From: Vicugna vicugna
Lineage: Eukaryota
Direction: 5' to 3'
Assembly (NCBI GenBank): GCA_013265495.1
Contig: MU058636.1
Location: 3,273,967 to 3,337,966, forward strand
Length of the DNA: 64,000 nt
The notes beneath the pieces were generated by a model. That model was not told where the DNA came from and searched no databases. It saw only the letters and a program-made list of their open reading frames with translations. Shown here one piece after another: positions 55,419 through 64,000 of this stretch (position 1 is its first letter; each line of letters starts with the position of its first letter). Made by a program: the position numbers and the translations under genes.

Positions 55419-55600
55419 CTATGTGCCGCAGGTCGGCCGACCGTCTTCAAGCGGTCCAGGTGGGATGGGGGTGGGGCATAGGCCGCCGCCGCCGCCGCGG
55501 AGTCCGTTAGTTCGCGACGTGCGTGGGGAGCCGGACGCGGGCGGCGGCGGCGGCATACGGTTGCCATGGCAACCGAGGGCCGCGCCGCGGGGGGAGAGCG
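55419..55600 (-). other. KATNAL1: Candidate non-coding first exon 1a (5' end unknown)
   Basis: Donor CATAG|gtaatg at 55419/55418 inside the CpG island. Confidence 0.6.
55558..55575. promoter_or_regulatory. RFX X-box (perfect palindrome CGGTTGCCATGGCAACCG)
   Basis: The core GTTGCCATGGCAAC is the canonical palindromic RFX binding site. Confidence 0.8.
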
Positions 55601-58600
55601 GGGGCTTGGAGTCAGCTCCGGGGAGGAGCCCGGGTGCGGGGAACAGGGAGGCGCGAGGGTGCGTCTGGGAACGGAGGCAGACGGTGACATTGAGGAGGAC
55701 GGATGACTAATTGAGCCCCGGTAGTGCCGATGAGCCCTGCGCTGCAGCGGCCAATCCCCGTGGCAGGACGCGTGCCCGTTCTCTCGGCGCAGCGCGTCGA
55801 TGCCTGCTTTATTCCGAGAGAATGCTGGTGGCGTCAGAGGAAGGAGCAGCGCCCGCTCTTTAAAGGTCGCTGGTCCAGCCCCTCCCCCGCCGCCGATCCA
55901 GGCATCCCCCGCTGGCCCGGCCGGACGGCGCGTTTGGAACCTAAGCCACCTCTTTCGGGGGGAGGAGGGGGTTCACCAGTAAAACCGAATTTGCAATCTT
56001 TCACACCTCTTTCTTGCCATTTTCCGAATAGGATAGAAACCGAATCGTTTAGTAGATATAATTTAAATGTAAACTGCTTTTAAAATGGCATTGATTTCAA
56101 ATGAATTTTGACCTGTAATACTTCTTAAATAATCGTTTGTGAACTCGCCATGACTTGTCTCAGAGATTCAGTATAGTCTAAACTGAGGTTATAAGCACGG
56201 GCTTCTAAAACCCACTTCTTACAGCTCTAGGCGTGCCGCTACTCTTGGTAGCCCATAACCTAGGGCGATTTACCCGCTCTGATGCTCAACTTTAATCTGC
56301 AAAATGGAGAGAATAGTTATGTCACAGAGCTTATGAGAAATAAAAGCATTGATAATGATGAAGTGTTCTAAACCAAAGCCTGGCATTTAACAGTAACTTA
56401 AATATTAGTTCTTTAATCCATCGTGGTAAGAATTAGAAGAGTGGGAGGCTGGAGGTGAAGGTGTCATTTGACTGAAGAGGGAGTTTTTCTGTAGTGATGA
56501 ATAAACTGCCTTGCTTAGGGGTTAGGTTACAGAGGCATATGCTTTTGTCAAAACTCTTGAAATGCTTCTCAAGATTTGTGCATTTCACTGTATGTAAATT
56601 TATCTTTCAAAAGAACATGAAAATATTAGCTATTATTATTAGAGCTGTAGACTCTAAAAGAGACCATAGACATTTTTTAAGTCCAGTCTCCAGAATATGC
56701 AGATGAGGAAAACGAGGCCTAAGGATTTAGGTAAATGGGGGAGGAAGGAGGGATTACTGACCCTGTCCTTTTCTGGTAATAAATGCCTCTCAAGAAATTA
56801 CAATTGAAAATAACAAGCTGCTGTGTCTGTCGTCCAGTTTTCAGTCGAGGTCACCTTGCCCACAGAGATTTTGTTGAAATTGACTTAAGTCCCTTTTCTA
56901 ACTCCAGTGGAAGACCAGTGTTCTCTCCAAGATTGCATATTCCCTGGGGGTTTACAACCTCAAGGGCACTTCTGCCCCTGAGTTCTTGCTTTCTTTGTAC
57001 ACTTAGACTCCCCCACATCTCCCCTCCTGCAACTCTCTTCTCTCCTGCTGGCACACAAGGTAGAAATCAAACCCTTTTCTTTGGTTGTTTGTATAGCAAA
57101 CTCTCAAAGGTTTGGAGCAACTGAGGGGTTTTAAATGAAGGATGCAAATAACCTAAAATTATAACTCCCTGCTCTTAAAGGTCCTTCAGTATCCCAATGG
57201 CTTTGGTATCTACTGATCCCCATTCTCTTTTAGAATTAAATGCAACTTCCCATCTCCAGTATCTCTCTGGTCCCATCTCTCCTGTCCTCTTTTCTCTCCT
57301 TACATAGTACTTAACCTCCATCTCCCAATCTATACGTCAGGGCCACTTTCTGTTCTTAAACTGTTTATCAAAGTATTTTCATACACACAGAAAGTACCTG
57401 CCAAGAGGAACTGTAGTGCCAGATATTAAAATAATAGTCTTCACCCCAGAGTATATCTGCATATTCTGCTTGATTCAGCCCAGAATATAGTTACTCAGTA
57501 AGTATCAAGCTGCTTCTGCACATGATACGTCCAGGCTACCTACAGAGGAGGTTCCCTTATGAAAACTACTTAGTGTAAGTGAGGAAGCAGGTGATAGTAG
57601 CTGGAATCTGATGTCTGCAAGAAAGAAAAGAAACCAACATCTACATGACTGTAGCTTATATTGTGCAGAAGAAATGACAGCATTCAAACAAGAAAATCCA
57701 GAACAAAACCTGAAGCAATCCTCACAGAGGCAACACCCAGACCTGTCGCCTCTAGCAATTTGGTCACAAGTCTGCATATGTAATAAGGCTATAAATAGAT
57801 TCTCCTTTACTCCTGGGGAAGATAATACTGATCTGCTCCCGGCTGAACACATGTTTAGTCAGGATGACAGGTTCATCCGATCCATCCATCCCGCATCTGG
57901 TTTCCCTTGTTAACAGTCACTTGCGTTTGCAAGGCAGCTGGCTGGGGTTGCAGAGCAGCCTAAACAGCCATGAAGAGGTCTCCAAACACCAGGCCCAACT
58001 CATAACCCTCCTTGCTTTCTATAGTCAGGAGCCCAGGGCGTCGACCAAGCAGGACAAGCCCCTTGAGGAGAATGGATGACAGCAGGAAAGGAAACAGCTG
58101 CTTTGGAGTAAGCTGTAGGAAAACCGTCATGCACCGGAAGACCGTGAGCCAGTGGAGCGCAGCCTGAAAAAGCCCGGCCCAGCTCTGGATGGCTGGGAAA
58201 CCATGGGGACTACCCATCAACTTTAGTTGGGTGTTTTCACTGGATGCTGTGTACCAGTTCAAGTGATAGTTAAACACACTGTGCAAATTCAGAAGATGGG
58301 GCTGAAAGTAATAACAGATTAATCCATACACGCAGGCAATGTGGTCAGGAGCCATCGCCCTCCCGACCAGGGAGGTGTTCCCAGCGTTCAGTCGATAGCT
58401 GCTCCCCATTTGCAAGGTCTCCCCTCAGCCCTGGTCAATGCTGAGCTTTCCCTTAGTGGTCCTGATCCCCCCCCTTATTGGTCCTGACCCCCAAGTTCCA
58501 GCACCGCACACTGCACAGGGGCTTCTGTACCTGGTTCTCTTGCCCCTAATGACCCCTTCACCTGGAATGATATGCCCGGCCCCTCGATTCCACCTAGTCC

Positions 58601-61600
58601 ATAAAAACTAACTCAGGCCTTTACGTGAAACCTTTCCAGATCATTCTTGCTCACAAGCCTGTCACCCTGCTCCGAACTCACAATATTTCCCCCCTCTATC
58701 ACCCACCCGACAACTAACCATCCTGCCCGGGGACAGTTCACATGTTGTTGACTCATTGGATTTTGTCTTTTCTCCTCACTAGATTTCAAGCTCCTCTGAC
58801 ATGCATTTCTGGGTGTTCTCCCAAACATCTTTGTAATACATTTTATGTAATATAGACGCAATAAGTATTTTTGATCAGTGAACCCTCCTTAGTGAACCCT
58901 CCTATCCCCTAGCCCTTCCCCTTCTAGTACTATACCGGACACTTGCAGCCTCTTAATACATCCCTGAATCCCGTGGAAAGGTGCCCCCCCATAAGTGTTC
59001 AGTGGAGAGGTACCTTGGGAGGCAATTCCTTTAAGTCACTTTTGGTATGGAAGGAGTTCTGGAAATAGTGGCACTGAATTCCAATGCTCAAAGTCATCAT
59101 TACCCTGAAGATGTCCTAGAGCAGAATTAAGTGGGTCCCATCAGCTTTTTAATATTTAAAGTATGCTCGTGTAAGGAAGAGTGGGGTAAGGCAAAATAGA
59201 AGAGAAAGCAATAGAAGATTCAGTGTGGGGTGTGTGCTCATATTCTGGTAGTGTTGTGAGGTGGTTACTGAGCTATGGTCTTTCAGTTCAAACCTACCCT
59301 CCTGCTTTGTGTCGCTGGTGCTGGGACTGTACAAAGCACATTTCTCCCCTGTCGTCTGGCTACAGCGGGGCAGCCCTGGAGGAAGAGCAGGTGCTGGAGG
59401 AGAGGGAACAGGTTGCTCACTGCTGTCAGCATCACCCCAGCGATGGCCCTCTAGCCTGGTAGCAGTGTTTCCTGTCTCCAGGCTCTTATTACACGTCCAG
59501 AACCAGCCTCACCGTGCCTCCTCTCCCCCCACCCCAGGCTTACCAGTATCAGCCAGGCAGCACCCCACTTGGGAAGTCTGGGCCCCAGCCCCTCGGCAGC
59601 CATCCTTGCAGCCACTGCGTCCTTGCAGGGTTCTGATAATCCCAACCTCCTCTCCACTCTGATCTCCAGCCCCAAAGGTGGCAGCTGCTTTTTGCACTTA
59701 ATATGTATGTTTTACTTCTGTGTTCCTTTTTCAGTTTTTCAGTCCTCGAACATCTGTTTAGTCAGTTCCCTATGCTCAGTTCTCTCTGTTGAAATCCTTG
59801 CTCCAGCTTCATGTTTCCTGCCTAAAGAACACTGACAAATTTGGATTGTGAAGTAAAATATATTTCCTACTGTGAACGTCAGTCCAAAAGTTTCAAGAGA
59901 CTCTACCTTAGCAGAGTGGGAGTTCTTAAATAAACAGGCAGAAGCCCTGCATGCCAAGGGGTCACTCCTAACAGGCAGAGGCACCTGCATTTCAGGTCTG
60001 CAAAGAGCAAAGACCCAGTTCTGCCACAGCAGGTGTCCACGTTGGACCCCAGGCCTAGCCCAGCCCCCAAAGCCTCACTGCCGTGAGCCTGCGGTGTTCT
60101 CCCAGAGTTTGGCTGGAACCCCAAGCTTCATCTGGAATCTGACCTCGCTCAGAATGTGGAAGCCCAGATTTTAATTTGCTACCCTTCCACCCCTTCTTGG
60201 CAAGTGGGAAGAAGCAAAAAGTTAATGATGAAAAAAGCAAAAGGTGATACCAGAGCCCTCATGAAATGAACTGGAATTTGTCAAGTGGAAGGAAAGGATT
60301 AAAAAGATAGGTTTGCAGGGTGGCAATTTGGGATCTCTGATGCTGCCTTTTCGTAAAGGTACTAGGAGGCTAATAAACAAGAGAAGGAAATGAAAAACCA
60401 TATTCCTATCTTTCTGCCTTATCCAGCCAAGATGAGGCTTCTGCTCTGTTTTATTTATAAACTATACTTCTGCTTCAGTGCTCCCATTAGAAGTGAAACT
60501 TTCTTTAAAGTCCAGAACTATTCTAGGCCAGCCTCACTTAATCGCATATTCCTAATGAAAAGAACTCCTCCACATTTTAGAGATTCATAATATTTCTATG
60601 TGTGCCAAAATAAACACAAAACCTCTTGGCGGTATCCTATGGGGATTCTCCTTGCTGGTGATTTTGTATTTCTTTGTGCTAATTTAGAAGTATCAACAGA
60701 AAAGCCAGGATTCGGGGCTGTTGAGAAGATTTGTAACACTCTGGAGTGTTGTGGGTACGTAACTCAGTGAATGAACATGTAGTCCCCTGTGAGAGCTGGA
60801 GTAATGGTATTTCGCTGAGCATCGCAGAAAGTCATCATGGAAACTCCACAAGATGCTAATAGGTTAGCAACGCTCCTTTCACATACCTGTTGTAGGACCT
60901 TCCACTAGTAGAGGGATATGTAACCAGATGTGTGTAACTCGAAAATGTTGGCAAGAGTTACCTTGTTTGTGACAAGCAGAATATCTTCTAGTGACTTGAA
61001 AAGCACGTCACCTTCTGATTCAGCCACCGAAGCATGTTACAACGTAGGTGGCGTGTCACAGAGGAAAAGCAGCTTGTGATCAGGTTTTCTATTCTTAGAA
61101 GGCAGTGTAGTGCCAAGCAGCCCCAGCCACAAAACATTTCAAGTCTGAATGAAAAAAGGAGCTCGTGCAGCCGGGGTCCCATGTCCCTTCCAATTGTAAG
61201 AAGATACCAGCCACTCAGGAGGGACCCTCCCATTCCTGGAATCCCATTGTCCCTGCTATTTTTCTGTGTCCTGTTCTACTTTGACTACAGAATGGAAAGT
61301 GATGGGATGGGGGGGCGGTGAATTCCATTTCCTTTTTTCATTTCCTTTTTCTGCTACATTTTAGGTCTTCTTTGTGATTTATGGGCATAAGTGATACAAA
61401 ATCATAAATCCTGGCTGCATGCATCTTCCCAGAGGGTCACCTCTTCAAGCAAACTGTTCATCACCCCGTACTCCTTGGTATCCTCTGCTGTGTTCACCAC
61501 ACTGCCTCCCTGCTTTCTCAAACCGCACCTCGAATTTGACGTTTCCAGAAAACCCTGAGAGCTGTAATAAGGAATTCTTATACAACCTTATCTCTGTCCC

Positions 61601-61749
61601 TTTTCCCCCCAGCTCGCCAGGAATGTTCTCACTGTCTGAAAGTGAAGTTACAGTGAAATGAAGAAGGACAGCATTTACCTGAGTTCTGTCATGTGTCTTC
61701 CTTCTCGATCTGTGCCGGGAGTCATGCCTTCATGACAGACAAGCATTTC

Positions 61750-62990
61750 AGTTTCGTTTTGTTCTGTTTAACATTTGAAACACACATGAAAATTACAGAG
61801 TTGCATAACAGCCACCACAATGAAAACACCTGGTCCCCACCACATCCTGATCTTGATTTGGATTATTTTTCAGATGCATGTTGTTCACTCTTACTATATA
61901 CCTCTGCGTTATATAATATTGTTTTACATGTTTTCAAGCTTTATATAAATGTTATTATACTGCACTTTCTTGAAATTGCCTTTTTCTGTTCAGCATTGTG
62001 TTTCTGAGGTTGATCCATGTTTACAAATGTAACGTTAGTCCATTCATTTTAATTGCTGTAACAATATAATACAGTTTGTCCATTTTCTATTGATGGATAT
62101 TTAGGTTATTACTAACTTTAATGTCTTCGTGCATTCAGGCTGCTGTACCAAAAAACAGACTGAATGGCTTATAGACAACAGAAACTCATTTCTCACAGTT
62201 CTGGGACTGGGAGCCAGATTCAGTGTCAGATTGCTAGTCATGCACAGCTGGCTTCCTGCTGTGTGCCGACATGACAGAAGGGGAGAGGGGACTCTCTGGG
62301 GTTCCTTTTATAAGAGCAATAATCCCATTCACAAGGGCTCCTCCTTCATGACCTAATCACCTCCCAAAGGCCCACCCCGAAATACATACCATTACATTGG
62401 TACACAGTTCGGTTCTTGGTCACTTTATAAAAAGGATAGTCTTTCCTCCATTGTCCAATAAAATTTTTCTCATTTTTGGCTAAAACTTCATCAAAATGGC
62501 TTTCTCCATCCCTATTTCTACCAACACTCTGCCCAGGATTACTTGAGAAGATTGAGGCTTCCTCTCCAGCTCTCACCAGAATCAGCCCTAATGGTCTAGT
62601 CACAGCAATGTTGCTTTTTACCTCAAAACTCTTCCAGCCTCTACCCATCACCCAGTTCCAAAGCCACTTGCATATTTTTAAGTATTTGTTACAGCAGCCC
62701 CGACTCCTGGTACTTCACTAGTACTAAAAATTGTACAGTGAACATTCTTGGACAGTACCTTGTGTGTGTGCGTGCAAGTTTTTATAGGGCTTATGCCAAG
62801 GAGTAGAATAGTAGATAAGAAAGCCTGTTCATCTTCAACTTTCCCAGACCTTTCCAACTGTCTTCTAAAGCAGTTGTATCCACTTACCCTCACAAGTGCA
62901 AGCCTTCCTACTTCACCTATCTTGGAATTATCCAGCATTTTTATTTTTGCTGGTCTGGTAAGTGTGGAAGTATGAAGGTGTACTGGGGTT
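61750..62990 (-). mobile_element. Old L1 3' fragment interrupted by a MaLR LTR plus internal fragment (about 62125-62715)
   Basis: 'catgacctaatcacctcccaaaggcccca' (MLT1A/B-like) and 'ccagcctctacccatcacccagttccaaagccacttgcatattt' (MaLR internal). Confidence 0.65.
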
Positions 62991-63079
62991 TGAAATGGGT
63001 ATCACTGGATGAGTGCTGTCGGTCAGGAATATGGGGCTGAAACCAAGGAAGGAGAGGAAGTCAAATATAAATTATGCAA

Positions 63080-63633
63080 TGTATTAGTTATCTATTGCTG
63101 TGTAACAAATTACCACGATCTTATGGGCTCGGGACAGCACACATTTATTGTCTCAGTTTCTGTGGGCCAGGAATCCAGGCTCAATTTAGCTGAGTTGTCA
63201 ACTTCAGGGTGTCCTCCCAAGGCTGCAGTCAGGATGTTGGCCAGGACTAGAGTCTCATCTGGAAGCCTGACTGGGGAAAGACCCTCTTCCAGGCTCACAT
63301 GGTTGTTGGCAGGATTCAGGTCTTTGCAGGGAGCTGAACTAGGGGCCTTAGTTCCTTGCTGGCTCTCGGCCAGCTCCTCTCTTCAGTTCTCTGCTATCTG
63401 AGCCTCTTCGTAGAGCAGCTCATAATGTGCCAACTTGCTTCATCAAAGCCAGCAAAGGTAAGATGTGCTAACAGAATGTAAGTCAGAATCTTAAGTGATC
63501 TGTTCATGGAAATGTCATTCTTTGCATATTCTGTTGATTAGAAGCAAGTCATACTTTCCCACCCATACTCAGGGGAAATGTGAATACTAAGAGGTGGGGA
63601 CCATTACAGGTCATCTTAGGCTCCGTTTGCCAC
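63080..63633 (-). mobile_element. MLT1 (MLT1F-like) solo LTR
   Basis: Runs from 'tgtattagttatctattgctgtgtaacaaattaccac' to 'gccaca'. Confidence 0.7.
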
Positions 63634-64000
63634 AGGCAGGTATAGTAGTTAAGGATACTCATTAGCCGGCCATTACAGACCCAAATAATAGCAGGCTAAA
63701 CAGGGCTAGACATTTATTTCTTTCATTTAGAAGTCTGGACAGGCAGTACAGAACTGTTATGGCAGCTCCATAATCATCAAGGACCCATGCTCCTTCTGTC
63801 TCATTGATCTGCCATTCACAACACGCAGCTCCTACCTCATGGTACAAGTTAGCTGCTCCTGCACTGGCCACTAGGCTGCATTCCAACCACTCTAATCCTT
63901 TGCACGTACTGTAGCCAGAATAACTGGTCTAAAATGCAAAACTAATCATGTCACTCCTCTGGGTGAAAACTGGTCAGTGGCATGTCCAGCCTACAACAGA

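Larger units (their letters stand above)
54900..55960. promoter_or_regulatory. KATNAL1: CpG-island promoter of KATNAL1
   Basis: About 1 kb of very GC- and CpG-rich sequence upstream of the ATG exon. Contains GCC/GGC repeats, GC boxes, CCAAT at about 55751 and two strong minus-strand splice donors. Confidence 0.9.

Noticed and set aside
54752..56083. Cluster of long Pro/Arg/Gly-rich ORFs on both strands
   Set aside because: Expected from stop-codon scarcity in a CpG island; no recognisable domains.

Overview
This is mammalian genomic DNA, probably camelid, an inference from three tRNA-Ala-derived SINEs resembling the camelid vic-1 family. Most of the window is the KATNAL1 gene (katanin p60 subunit A-like 1, a microtubule-severing AAA+ ATPase) on the minus strand. 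It has a CpG-island promoter at about 54.9-56.0 kb and eight coding exons between 46513 and 8879. These splice into one uninterrupted 1147-nt frame (382 codons + 1 nt) covering the MIT domain, linker, Walker A/B and second region of homology. I did not find the last coding exons in 1-8878, so they probably lie beyond the left edge. The introns and upstream region are mostly ordinary interspersed repeats: L1, L2, MIR, MaLR/ERVL LTRs and hAT DNA transposons, including a 2.4-kb Cheshire/MER58-type element with a decayed transposase. The most notable observations are: a GC-AG intron after coding exon 3 with a downstream CA repeat; a promoter with two candidate first-exon donors, one behind a perfect 18-bp RFX X-box palindrome and one behind paired ZNF143-type motifs; conditional uORFs; an unexplained intronic CpG island at about 28.7-29.2 kb; and several short CpG-rich patches in old repeats. 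I found no convincing evidence of a wholly new biological system. Repeat family names come from recalled consensus sequences, and repeat boundaries are approximate unless a target-site duplication (TSD) is given.
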